Assembly (NCBI GenBank): GCA_034173665.1
Contig: JAXFDG010000192.1
Location: 1 to 32,753 of the forward strand
From: Arcanobacterium sp.
GTDB lineage: Bacteria; Actinomycetota; Actinomycetes; Actinomycetales; Actinomycetaceae
DNA: 32,753 nucleotides
Reading direction: 5' to 3'
In this document: positions 8,209-17,055 of the stretch, in pieces
Layout: every line of letters starts with the position of its first letter
Position numbering within the stretch: position 1 is the stretch's first letter
Position numbers and translations under genes: made by a program
The notes under the pieces: generated by a model
Told to the model about the DNA's origin: nothing
What the model saw: only the letters and a program-made list of their open reading frames with translations
Database searches by the model: none

Positions 8209-9507
8209 TCATCCCTTGGCATGATTTTTATCTGCGAAATAAAAGAAAAATCCCCCTAAAGTTAATTGCGTAAAGAACATTCCCGCAAAAAGATTGAAAC
8301 TCCAACCAGAATTTGGAAGAAATATCAGCGCAACCCCAGCTGCACAGATAAAAGCAAAGTTATAAAGCATGTCGTACCAGATAAAAGCTCTCCCCCGATA
8401 ATTATCTGGAGTTTCACGATGAACAATTGTGTCCACTGCAATTTTTGCCCCTTGTGTTCCAAAGCCAAGAAAAACTGCAGCCAGATTAATCGTTACAAGT
8501 AAAGGACCAAGAGTTAAGAGAGCTTGCGCAAAAGAAGTTACGACAATGCAAGTTGTAACCCATTTTATGGGAGATAAATGACCTCCAATCCAAGCAGTAA
8601 TGAAGATTGCAATCCCATTTCCAAGAAAAGAAAAACCGAGAATAGCTGCAAAATCTGCAAATCCGGAACTATTTTCGGTTCCAGATAAAGCGAAAGTTTC
8701 AGACCTGGAAAGCAAAATAAACGAAATCAAATTTAATGCGTAAAAACAACGATGCAATGCCATTGCTCCAAGTGCATAAGCTGGAATTCGAAGTTGCCAA
8801 AGCACCCGGGCACTTTCCGCAAGATCTGAAATTACATTGCCGACGACGTGCCGCGAGTTAAGTGTAGTTGAAGTTTCTGGTCCAAGAATTGTTAATGAAA
8901 ACCCTTTCGCAGTAAACGCGGCTCCGCCAAAACAGATCGCAGCAAATAAAAGGAGAAATAAATCTTGACCCACGCCGTCGAAAATTAAAAATTTTGCAAT
9001 AGCGCCAAAAACAGCTCCAACCGCTGCCGCAATTCCGCCCAAGCTTGGCACAATGGAATTCGCAATTAACAAAGATTCCGTGGGAACAGTGCGCGGTAAT
9101 GCCGCGGACAAAGCTGCAAGCAAAAACCGATTTATCCCAATCGCAATTAAGGCAAGGAGATAAACCCAAAAAGAATTTTGCTCGAACCAGAACAATGCCA
9201 AAGCACCTAAAGTCAAAATAGCTCGTGCAAAGTTACCAAAAACTAGCACTTGTCGGCGTGACCAGCGATCAAGTACCGGGGATGCAAAAGGGCCAATAAT
9301 TGTAAACGGTAGTAATAACACCACAAATGCGAGCGCAATTTCAGATAAACTCGCCAAGCGTTCTGGGGCAAAGAAAAATAATGAAGCTAAGCCAATTTGA
9401 AATAATCCATCACCTAATTGCGAGCAAAGTCGTACTAAGAGCAACCTTCGAAAAGCAAGCGACTCCCAAGCTTTAAGGAAAATACGGATTTGTTTAATCT
9501 GCTTCAT
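8209..9507 (-). CDS. MFS transporter
   Basis: Motif A-like VLDRWSRRQVL, C-terminal PDNYRGRAF, about 12 hydrophobic segments; usual neighbour of the CCA gene in actinobacteria. Confidence 0.85.
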   Translation of the reverse strand: MKQIKQIRIFLKAWESLAFRRLLLVRLCSQLGDGLFQIGLASLFFFAPERLASLSEIALAFVVLLLPFTIIGPFASPVLDRWSRRQVLVFGNFARAILTLGALALFWFEQNSFWVYLLALIAIGINRFLLAALSAALPRTVPTESLLIANSIVPSLGGIAAAVGAVFGAIAKFLIFDGVGQDLFLLLFAAICFGGAAFTAKGFSLTILGPETSTTLNSRHVVGNVISDLAESARVLWQLRIPAYALGAMALHRCFYALNLISFILLSRSETFALSGTENSSGFADFAAILGFSFLGNGIAIFITAWIGGHLSPIKWVTTCIVVTSFAQALLTLGPLLVTINLAAVFLGFGTQGAKIAVDTIVHRETPDNYRGRAFIWYDMLYNFAFICAAGVALIFLPNSGWSFNLFAGMFFTQLTLGGFFFYFADKNHAKG

Positions 9508-9540
9508 TTAGTACCGCTAATGCTGAATCCTTCAAAAATT

Positions 9541-11049
9541 CTACTCAGAAGCTTCCGCACTTTGTTTATCAGACCACCATTGCAGCAAGCGTTCCTTCGC
9601 AGTTTCAGGACCAAGTGGACCTTCTTCCAGACGAAGTTCTAAAAGAAATGCTCGTGCCTGACCAACTTCTCGACCTGGTTTCAAACCAAGGATTTCCATA
9701 ATTTCTTGCCCGTCCAAATCTGGACGAATTGCTGCGATTTCTTCCTGTTCTTGGAGCAATTTAATTCTTGATTCTAGATCGTCTACTCCTGCTTTTAACC
9801 AGGCGGCTTTTCGTCGATTTCGCGTAGTGCAGTCAGCTCTAGTAAGTCGATTTAAACGTGTTAATAGATGTCCAGCATCGGCGACATACCGACGAACTGC
9901 TGAATCAGTCCAAACCTGTTCTCCATATCCATGGAATCTTAAATGTAGTTCCACAAGCCGTGAAACATCTTTAATCGTTTGATTATCGAAACGCAGATAT
10001 TTCATGCGTTTCTTAGCCATTCGCGCACCAACTAAATCATGGGCATGGAAAGAAACAGTCCCATTAGCTTCAAAACGCCGCGTTGCCGGTTTTCCAATAT
10101 CGTGTAAAAGCGCCGCGAATCGTAAAGTGAAATCAGGTCCTGGAACTTCTCCGTCAGTACCTGTTTCTAAAGCAATTGCTTGATCTAACACGATTAGCGT
10201 GTGTTCATAGACATCTTTATGCCGACCATGTTCGTCAACTGTTTCTCGCAGGCCAGAAAATTCTGGCAGAACATAATCACACACCCCGGTTTCCACCATT
10301 AGTTCTAAACCGCGTCGTGGCTGCTTTGCGGTAATTAAACGTTTTAATTCAGCGGTAATTCGTTCTACTGAGACAATCTCCAAACGTGGGGCAAGATCAG
10401 TCATTGCTTTCATGACTTCTTCAGTAACAATAAATCCAAGTTGTGCGGAAAAACGTGCTGCACGCATTATCCGCAACGGATCGTCGTCAAAAGATTGGTG
10501 CGCGGGTGCAGGTGTTCGTAAAACACCTGCTAAAAGATCAGCAAATCCACCGCAAGGATCAACTAATTCAAGCTGTGGAAGCCGTACAGCCATTGCGTTA
10601 ACTGTGAAATCTCGACGAGTTAAATCGCCATCTAAATTTAAACCGTACTGAACTTCAGGTTTTCGCGAATTGCGATCATATTCTTCGCTCCGATAAGTGG
10701 TTACTTCAACCACAAAACCATCACGAGCAGCACCAATTGTTCCAAATTCTTTCCCGATATCCCAACAACTATCACCCCAAGAAGTTAATAATTCTTGAGT
10801 TTTCTCTGGTACTGCCGAAGTCGTGAAATCATAATCGTGCACCGGCAATCCTAAAAACGCATCTCGGACCGGCCCACCGACCAATGCCAACTCTTCACCG
10901 TTTTGTGAGAAAATAGTACCTAGTTCAAGAATTGCTTCTGGAAGCTTGCTTAAGGTCTGGTGTCCTTGCGTAAGCATCCGAGCACGCTGATTAGCTTCAG
11001 TGTTCAAGTCAGATCCGTTATCAGTTGAATATGCGTTAAAAAGTGTCAC
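9541..11049 (-). CDS. cca: CCA tRNA nucleotidyltransferase with HD domain
   Basis: VGGPVRD...DYDFTT, RRDFTVNAMA, DDPLRIMRAARF, LLHDIGKP. Confidence 0.92.
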   Translation of the reverse strand: MTLFNAYSTDNGSDLNTEANQRARMLTQGHQTLSKLPEAILELGTIFSQNGEELALVGGPVRDAFLGLPVHDYDFTTSAVPEKTQELLTSWGDSCWDIGKEFGTIGAARDGFVVEVTTYRSEEYDRNSRKPEVQYGLNLDGDLTRRDFTVNAMAVRLPQLELVDPCGGFADLLAGVLRTPAPAHQSFDDDPLRIMRAARFSAQLGFIVTEEVMKAMTDLAPRLEIVSVERITAELKRLITAKQPRRGLELMVETGVCDYVLPEFSGLRETVDEHGRHKDVYEHTLIVLDQAIALETGTDGEVPGPDFTLRFAALLHDIGKPATRRFEANGTVSFHAHDLVGARMAKKRMKYLRFDNQTIKDVSRLVELHLRFHGYGEQVWTDSAVRRYVADAGHLLTRLNRLTRADCTTRNRRKAAWLKAGVDDLESRIKLLQEQEEIAAIRPDLDGQEIMEILGLKPGREVGQARAFLLELRLEEGPLGPETAKERLLQWWSDKQSAEASE

Positions 11050-11115
11050 TCTCTAAGAGTGCCACGAATATTCGTGTACTTCATCTATGGCGGGCGTAAT
11101 CACTAGAATAGGGAT
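11050..11115. promoter_or_regulatory. Divergent pair of putative leaderless promoters (cca / NUDIX)
   Basis: Plus strand: TAGAAT (11104-11109) + 6 nt + ATG 11116. Minus strand: TGG-CACTCT (11064-11056) + 6 nt + GTG 11049. Neither gene has a well-placed SD. Confidence 0.5.
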
Positions 11116-11673
11116 ATGCAAGATTACTCAACAGAAGCATCAAATATTGCTGCTTCTGGCGTAACTCAATCGAGAGGAAATTTCAGCGCTAGTACTAATA
11201 ACGGTGCAAATATCAGCGCAAATTCACTTCCGATTGTTAATGAGACCTCTGCGGGCGGTGTGATTATCTCCGTCCAAGAAGGTCATGCTTTTGTTGCAGT
11301 AATTGCTCGGCGAAATCGCGGTGGCAGACTTGAATGGTGCCTCCCTAAAGGTCATCTCGAAGGACGTGAAACTCCGGCAGAAGCTGCTGTTCGAGAAGTC
11401 TTTGAAGAAACAGGTATTTCTGGGCGCGTTTTAAAACATCTTGCAAGTATTGATTATTGGTTTTCCGGGATTGATCGCCGGGTCCACAAAGTAGTACACC
11501 ACTTTTTACTTGAAGCTTTGTCTGGTACTTTAACCACCCAAAATGATCCTGATCAAGAAGCAGAAAAAGTTGAATGGGTTCGAATCGATAAAGTTTCTAC
11601 TCGCTTAGCGTATCCGAATGAGCGGCGAATTATTGCAGCAGCTCACGAACTGCTTTTTGGAAAACAAGCATAG
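11116..11673 (+). CDS. NUDIX hydrolase
   Basis: Nudix box GHLEGRETPAEAAVREVFEETGI; ETSAGG and VHKVVHHFL are typical of the oriC-proximal actinobacterial member. Confidence 0.93.
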   Translation: MQDYSTEASNIAASGVTQSRGNFSASTNNGANISANSLPIVNETSAGGVIISVQEGHAFVAVIARRNRGGRLEWCLPKGHLEGRETPAEAAVREVFEETGISGRVLKHLASIDYWFSGIDRRVHKVVHHFLLEALSGTLTTQNDPDQEAEKVEWVRIDKVSTRLAYPNERRIIAAAHELLFGKQA

Positions 11674-11692
11674 TAGCAGAGGCAGCAATAAA

Positions 11693-13909
11693 ATGTTTGG
11701 AATCAAAAAACCACTCAAAGCAGTTAAGCGCCTCAATTATCCAGTTAATTCTGCTCTTACTAGGGTGCTAACACTGGTGTTTTTACTATGCGTAATTGGT
11801 TTTATCGCCTTTAATCCAAACAATACTTTTGCTGTAGAAGACGCAAAAGATTCTGAGCTTCCGCCACTTTCACTTGAAATTACTGATGTTCCGCAAATTT
11901 CTTTGCCGGAAAATCAAGATTTCCTTCTCAGCATTAACATCACAAACAACTCCGACAAAGAAATCAATCTTACTGAGCCTCAGTTAACACGAAGCCGTGA
12001 TTGGGCTATTGCTAATTCCCAAATCTTTAAAATGATTAACGGAGAAACCACACAAATTTATATGACTTCACCAGACATTTCTGGAAAGTTAAGTGCCGGT
12101 GAAACCCGTAATTTCGAACTGAAAATTCCCGCATCCGAACTTAACTGGATTTTCTCTCCGTATCAATGGCGTCCTTATGGTTTTGAACTTTGCATTTCTG
12201 GGACCAAAACCGGCACTTCAGAACATTTAACACCAAGCTGTGATCGCGGGATTATCGTGCTTTCTGCAACAACAACGCTGCAACCAATGCAGTTATTTAG
12301 CTTTGCTGCTCTGAGCTGGCCACAATCAGAGCTGCCGACTTCACCCCTTCTTGAACAGATAATTACCGACGGCGAAACGCGAAATACTCAAGATACTTCA
12401 ACGTCCACAAACCCTGAAGAAACTTCGGAAACTGCAAACGATGCCGAAGTTTCATTTTCGCAAAATGTATCCTCGCCGCAATTCATCACAGACACCAATC
12501 AAGCTTTTTCTAAATTCTTAGATATTGCCACAAAAAACCAATTACAACTTTCTGTAGATCCAAGTTTGCCGCTTAATGAAAGCACTATTTCTATCTACAA
12601 TGCTTTACCGGATTCTGCACGGAACTTGTTACCTGTCTTTACTCCGGATTATCCAAGTATCGCTCAATACTTAAATTCTGCTGAACAAATTTCCTTACGT
12701 AATGAAACCTTAAATGTTGCCGCAAAAAAGAAAATTACTGCTGATTATGGAACTGCTTTAATCTCAGTTGAGCCAGACGCAAAAACAGGAGAGCTTTTTA
12801 ATTCTTTCGGAATCACGCAAATAGTCACAGATTCTTCTAATTTAAGCACCACAATTACCTCTACTTTTAATCCTGATACCCGCTATCAAGACAACAGTCT
12901 TAACAAAAATTTAAATATTTTTGCCGCTAATCCGTATATTTCGGAGGCACTCGGAGGAACTTTAAAACACAACTTACTCCAAGATGAAGTTTCACTAAGC
13001 TCTGTATTGCAAAAACACGTACCGTTAGCAATGACGGCGATTCATTACAATCAAGCCCCAAATCGAGCTCGTGCTATCAGTGTTAAAATTCCTGATTCAA
13101 CATTCACCGATTTAGCATCGGGAAAAAATATTACCCAAGCTCAAGCGACCTTAGTGGCATATCAAGCACTAGCACAAGCTCCATGGCTAAAACCAACTTC
13201 AATTACTGAAGCTTTCACCGAAACTCAAAGCACGTCGTCGGCAATAATCCAAGAATTACCTACATCTATATCAAAAGCAAAAATCGCAGAAGCACAAATT
13301 CCGCAAGATATTTTTCCGCAAGTGCAAAAGAAAATTTCAGATATCCAGAACTTTGCTAGCATCTTCGTTTCTCCGGAACATTTTCTAAATACAGCGCAAT
13401 TACAAAAATGGGTATTCTTGTCAAAAGCGTGGGGTGGTTTTGAAAAAGAACAAAAATTAGCCTTAACTAATTGGTATTCTCCACAAGAAGCTCGAGAAAA
13501 ACTCCAGTTTATTCAAAGTGCGCCAATAAATATGATTTCTGATCAAGCTTCCTTACCGTTACAAATTTCTAATCCTTATAACACTGCAGTTAATGCGAAA
13601 TTAAAAGTTACTGCACCTAACTACCGCTTAAACGTGATTGGTGAGCCAGAAATTTCACTTTCTCCAAATCAAACTTCTGCAGTGTCAATACCAGTAAAAG
13701 CGCACGGTGCCGGAACAATTGAAATTAAACTTCAATTAATTGACGATGCAGGTATTCCCGTGACTAAAGAAGCTTCTTTGGAAATGAGACTTCATCCAAG
13801 TTGGGAAAATACTGGCACTGCAATTGCTGCAATTCTAGTATTTGGTGTGTTGGTATTAGGAGTGTTCAAGTCAATACGAAGTGGACGCCGGGGCAAGCAA
13901 ATTAATTAA
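11693..13909 (+). CDS. DUF6049-like secreted/membrane-anchored protein
   Basis: N-terminal hydrophobic segment, C-terminal Ig-like region (PINMISDQASLPLQISN), then a TM helix and basic tail; sits in the syntenic slot after NUDIX. Start uncertain (11618 overlaps NUDIX; 11693 preferred). Confidence 0.65.
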   Translation: MFGIKKPLKAVKRLNYPVNSALTRVLTLVFLLCVIGFIAFNPNNTFAVEDAKDSELPPLSLEITDVPQISLPENQDFLLSINITNNSDKEINLTEPQLTRSRDWAIANSQIFKMINGETTQIYMTSPDISGKLSAGETRNFELKIPASELNWIFSPYQWRPYGFELCISGTKTGTSEHLTPSCDRGIIVLSATTTLQPMQLFSFAALSWPQSELPTSPLLEQIITDGETRNTQDTSTSTNPEETSETANDAEVSFSQNVSSPQFITDTNQAFSKFLDIATKNQLQLSVDPSLPLNESTISIYNALPDSARNLLPVFTPDYPSIAQYLNSAEQISLRNETLNVAAKKKITADYGTALISVEPDAKTGELFNSFGITQIVTDSSNLSTTITSTFNPDTRYQDNSLNKNLNIFAANPYISEALGGTLKHNLLQDEVSLSSVLQKHVPLAMTAIHYNQAPNRARAISVKIPDSTFTDLASGKNITQAQATLVAYQALAQAPWLKPTSITEAFTETQSTSSAIIQELPTSISKAKIAEAQIPQDIFPQVQKKISDIQNFASIFVSPEHFLNTAQLQKWVFLSKAWGGFEKEQKLALTNWYSPQEAREKLQFIQSAPINMISDQASLPLQISNPYNTAVNAKLKVTAPNYRLNVIGEPEISLSPNQTSAVSIPVKAHGAGTIEIKLQLIDDAGIPVTKEASLEMRLHPSWENTGTAIAAILVFGVLVLGVFKSIRSGRRGKQIN

Positions 13910-13956
13910 TTAGAAATTGTAGAATATTTTTAGAATTTTTATCGTCAGGAGTCGGA

Positions 13957-15915
13957 ATGAACAGTGGTTTTGCGAACGCAGGTATGCGCATTGCGGACCG
14001 TTTCGAATTAACTACAAAGGCTGTTCGAAGCTATTCCCATAAAGATACCTCTACTTGGCTCGCTGTAGACACTGTACTTTCGCGGCAATTGCGTGCAATT
14101 ATGATTAATCCAGAATCTCCACGAAGAGACTCGGCAATTGATGCTGCGCGAAAAGCTTCGCTCCTAAAAGACCCGCATACTATTTCAATTTTGAGTGTTG
14201 TGGATGACTCTGTACATTCTGCTATTTTCACCGAACTTCCTTTAGGAACACCTGTTTCTCGGTTTTTACACGAAAAACCTTTACCAATAAATGTTTCAAT
14301 GGCAATTATTGGTCAAGTTGCTTCAACTTTAAACGAGGCACGGCATCGCGGAATTCGTTACTTGCATTTACGCGCACGAAATATCTATGTAACTGAAACA
14401 AATCAGGTTTTAATAGATGGTCTTGGCGTATTACCAGCTTTATACGAAGTAGATTTGCAGCGTGAATCTACAGAATTAGATCGCGCCGAAGCTCGTGGGC
14501 TCACCGTATTTTTCGCTGCCTTGCTTCAAGGTCAAGATTTTCCAACAGATGCCGAAACTCATGATTCCGTAATTGCTTCTGCTCTTGAGTTACCAGAGTT
14601 ACCGAATCAAGTGCGTGAATTATTCGAATCTGAACTCGGCAATGCAGAACTTTCTGGACCTGATTCTCCCGCAGAGTTTATGCGAAGAATTGCTCCATGG
14701 GATTTGCAATCTTTAAATTTACTTTTCACCGATGAATTTATTGCGCAAATCGCAGCTAATCGCAATCAAAAACAAGCAATAATTGAAGAAAATATAGAGA
14801 TCAACTCAGATTTCAATGAAGATCCAATTGACGAATTATCTGCCACAAACCAACTTTCTGCTCTTAATATCGAAGTAGTAGATGAGCCTCTACTCACTGG
14901 AAAACCTCAGTGGCCAAGTCCTTTCGCGAATGAAGAGATAAATATTTCAGATTTGGAACAAGGTTTAGGATCAGATTCAGATTTAATAGAAACTGAAGAG
15001 TCGGTAGAAATTGAAGAATTACCAAAATTCGAAGAATCTCCCGAGCTAAAGGAATCGCCAGAATTAGCAGAATCCAAAACCTTTACAATTGAAACGGCAA
15101 TAGCTGAGATACCACAATCTACAGAACCTGAAATTATTGATACTCAGGTTATCGACGCTAAAACTATTAACAAAATTCCAACTATTTCTGAAACGGATTC
15201 TGTTTCTGAAGCTACTTCTGTTTCTGAAACGGCTTCTATTCCCACTGTAAAAAGCTTTTCCGATGATGCTGGGACTCGCTATAATCCTACAAAATTTGTC
15301 GTAATTTGTTTTTCGATTTTAATGTTGATTGGACTAGTTATCGGTATTGTTAATCTGTTTAAACCACTAGACCCGGTTAGCATCGTAAAAAATCCTGATT
15401 CGCAAACAAGTAGCAATGAAAGTGATACCGGCTCCGCTCCTACACCCACAATCACAAATGATACTGTGCCTGAAATTAATAGTGTTGAATTCGTAAACAC
15501 TTCAGGAAATATCGATATTAATAATCCAGATATTAAAGTTTTAGTTGATCAAGCAAAATTTATTGCCGACGACGACGCAAATACCGCATGGAACTCTTGG
15601 TGGTATCGTCAGCAAGCAGGTTACCAAGCAGAGCAATACGGCTTGAAAATTAGCTTAAAAGAAGCAGCAGTCGTTTCAGAAATTTCACTTTCATCTGCTT
15701 CACAAGGTGGAAAAATTAGTATTAGAAACACCACCGGTGATACAAAAGCAGAAAGTGCTCCAGTCCTTGCTGAGGCAAGTTTTAATGCAGAAGAAAATCA
15801 AATAATTAAAATTGATAATCCGGTTGAAGTTTCTGAACTTACATTATGGATTGATGAAATGCCGCAAACAGGGAATCAAATCCAAGCTAAAATCGTTGAG
15901 GTTAACGTAAAGTAA
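13957..15915 (+). CDS. Membrane-anchored pseudokinase, MviN C-terminal-like (kinase homology domain, acidic linker, TM, extracellular beta-sandwich)
   Basis: Kinase-like N-terminus (DRFEL, WLAVDTVLSR, DAARKAS) lacking the Gly loop, VAIK Lys, HRD (reads YLHLRARN) and DFG (reads GLG). One TM (FVVICFSILMLIGLVIGIV). Discoidin-like DDDANTAW motif. SD AGGAG at 13947-13951. Confidence 0.7.
   Translation: MNSGFANAGMRIADRFELTTKAVRSYSHKDTSTWLAVDTVLSRQLRAIMINPESPRRDSAIDAARKASLLKDPHTISILSVVDDSVHSAIFTELPLGTPVSRFLHEKPLPINVSMAIIGQVASTLNEARHRGIRYLHLRARNIYVTETNQVLIDGLGVLPALYEVDLQRESTELDRAEARGLTVFFAALLQGQDFPTDAETHDSVIASALELPELPNQVRELFESELGNAELSGPDSPAEFMRRIAPWDLQSLNLLFTDEFIAQIAANRNQKQAIIEENIEINSDFNEDPIDELSATNQLSALNIEVVDEPLLTGKPQWPSPFANEEINISDLEQGLGSDSDLIETEESVEIEELPKFEESPELKESPELAESKTFTIETAIAEIPQSTEPEIIDTQVIDAKTINKIPTISETDSVSEATSVSETASIPTVKSFSDDAGTRYNPTKFVVICFSILMLIGLVIGIVNLFKPLDPVSIVKNPDSQTSSNESDTGSAPTPTITNDTVPEINSVEFVNTSGNIDINNPDIKVLVDQAKFIADDDANTAWNSWWYRQQAGYQAEQYGLKISLKEAAVVSEISLSSASQGGKISIRNTTGDTKAESAPVLAEASFNAEENQIIKIDNPVEVSELTLWIDEMPQTGNQIQAKIVEVNVK
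15013..15239 (+). repeat. Two degenerate 18-bp tandem repeat tracts in the pseudokinase linker
   Basis: EELPKF-EESPEL-KESPEL-AES at about 15013-15075, and TTCTGAAACGGATTCTGT-like unit x3 (SETDSV/SEATSV/SETASI) at 15186-15239. Confidence 0.7.
15872..15897 (+). promoter_or_regulatory. Putative sigmaR/sigmaH (thiol-stress ECF) promoter for trxB
   Basis: Exact GGAAT-N18-GTT (gGGAAT...cGTTg) about 105 bp upstream of trxB, a canonical member of this regulon. Confidence 0.6.
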
Positions 15916-16004
15916 GTTCTCAACATGAATTATGGCAAACATTAATTCAAAGATAAACTAAAAACAGAGATTTAATTTAGTGTTCAACTATTTAGGTGGT
16001 TATG

Positions 16005-16928
16005 ATGACTGTTCATGATGTAGTAATTGTTGGTTCTGGGCCAGCTGGCTGGACTGCTGCGGTCTATACAGCACGCGCCGGATTAAAACCACTTGTTATT
16101 GCAGGGGCTTTAGAAGCTGGTGGAGCCCTTATGAACACCACAGAAGTGGAAAACTTCCCCGGATGGCCAGAAGGTATTATGGGGCCTGAATTGATGGAAA
16201 AAATGCAAGCACAGGCAGAAAAATTCGGTGCAGAAGTAATCTATGAAGATGCCATCAAACTAAATCTCACAAGTGAAATCAAAGAAATTTCTACAGAAGA
16301 CGATACCTATCAGGCACGAACTGTGATTCTTGCACTTGGCTCAGCCTACAAAAAACTTGGAATACCTGGTGAAGAAGAACTCTCTGGGCGCGGCGTATCT
16401 TTCTGTGCCACCTGTGATGGTTTCTTCTTTAAGGATCGGGAAATAGCTGTTGTTGGAGGAGGAGACTCAGCAGTTACTGAAGCACTATTCCTTGCTCGGT
16501 TCGGAACCAAGGTTCACGTAATTCATCGTCGAGAAGAACTTCGTGCTTCAAAGGTTATGGCTGACCGTTTACTTGCAACTCCAAATGTTGTGATGCATTG
16601 GAACAAACAGGTCGAAACAATTAATGGTGAAGCAGGTCTTGAAAGCTTAACTCTTCGCGACACAATCGACGGTTCAGTTTCAGAGCTACCTGTTGCTGGT
16701 CTCTTTATCGCAATTGGTCACGAGCCACGTTCTGGTATTGTAAATGAACAAATTCAATTAGATTCTTCAGGGTATATTCAAACTGAAGAACCGAGCACCC
16801 GAACGAATATTCCTGGTGTTTTTGCTTGTGGAGACGTGGTTGACCATATTTATCGCCAAGCAATTACAGCAGCCGGGTCTGGCTGTAAAGCCGCACTCGA
16901 TGCTCAAGAATTCTTAGCGAATCTCTAA
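16005..16928 (+). CDS. trxB: Thioredoxin-disulfide reductase
   Basis: GSGPAG, VENFPG, CATCDG, GGGDSA, HRR, YRQAITAAGSG. ATG 16005 fits SD AGGTGG best; 15996 and 16002 are possible. Confidence 0.97.
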   Translation: MTVHDVVIVGSGPAGWTAAVYTARAGLKPLVIAGALEAGGALMNTTEVENFPGWPEGIMGPELMEKMQAQAEKFGAEVIYEDAIKLNLTSEIKEISTEDDTYQARTVILALGSAYKKLGIPGEEELSGRGVSFCATCDGFFFKDREIAVVGGGDSAVTEALFLARFGTKVHVIHRREELRASKVMADRLLATPNVVMHWNKQVETINGEAGLESLTLRDTIDGSVSELPVAGLFIAIGHEPRSGIVNEQIQLDSSGYIQTEEPSTRTNIPGVFACGDVVDHIYRQAITAAGSGCKAALDAQEFLANL

Positions 16929-16993
16929 GCTGATAAATCTTCCGAACACCACTCTTTAGTAAAACAGACAAATCGGATAAAAGTTGATTGGTT

Positions 16994-17030
16994 AAAATAG
17001 GGGGACACGCATCTTGTGTCCCCCTATTTT
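16994..17030. terminator. Bidirectional intrinsic terminator between trxB and parB
   Basis: AAAATAGGGGGACAC / GTGTCCCCCTATTTT, perfect 15-bp arms with A and T tracts, between convergent genes. Confidence 0.9.
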
Positions 17031-17055
17031 TTCGATATAGAGCAAATCTTCAAAA

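Noticed and set aside
15186-15239. TGTTTC-TGAAAC as degenerate parS sites (a similar one lies at about 17929-17941)
   Set aside because: They lack the central 3 bp, so half-site spacing is wrong; explained by VSET codons.
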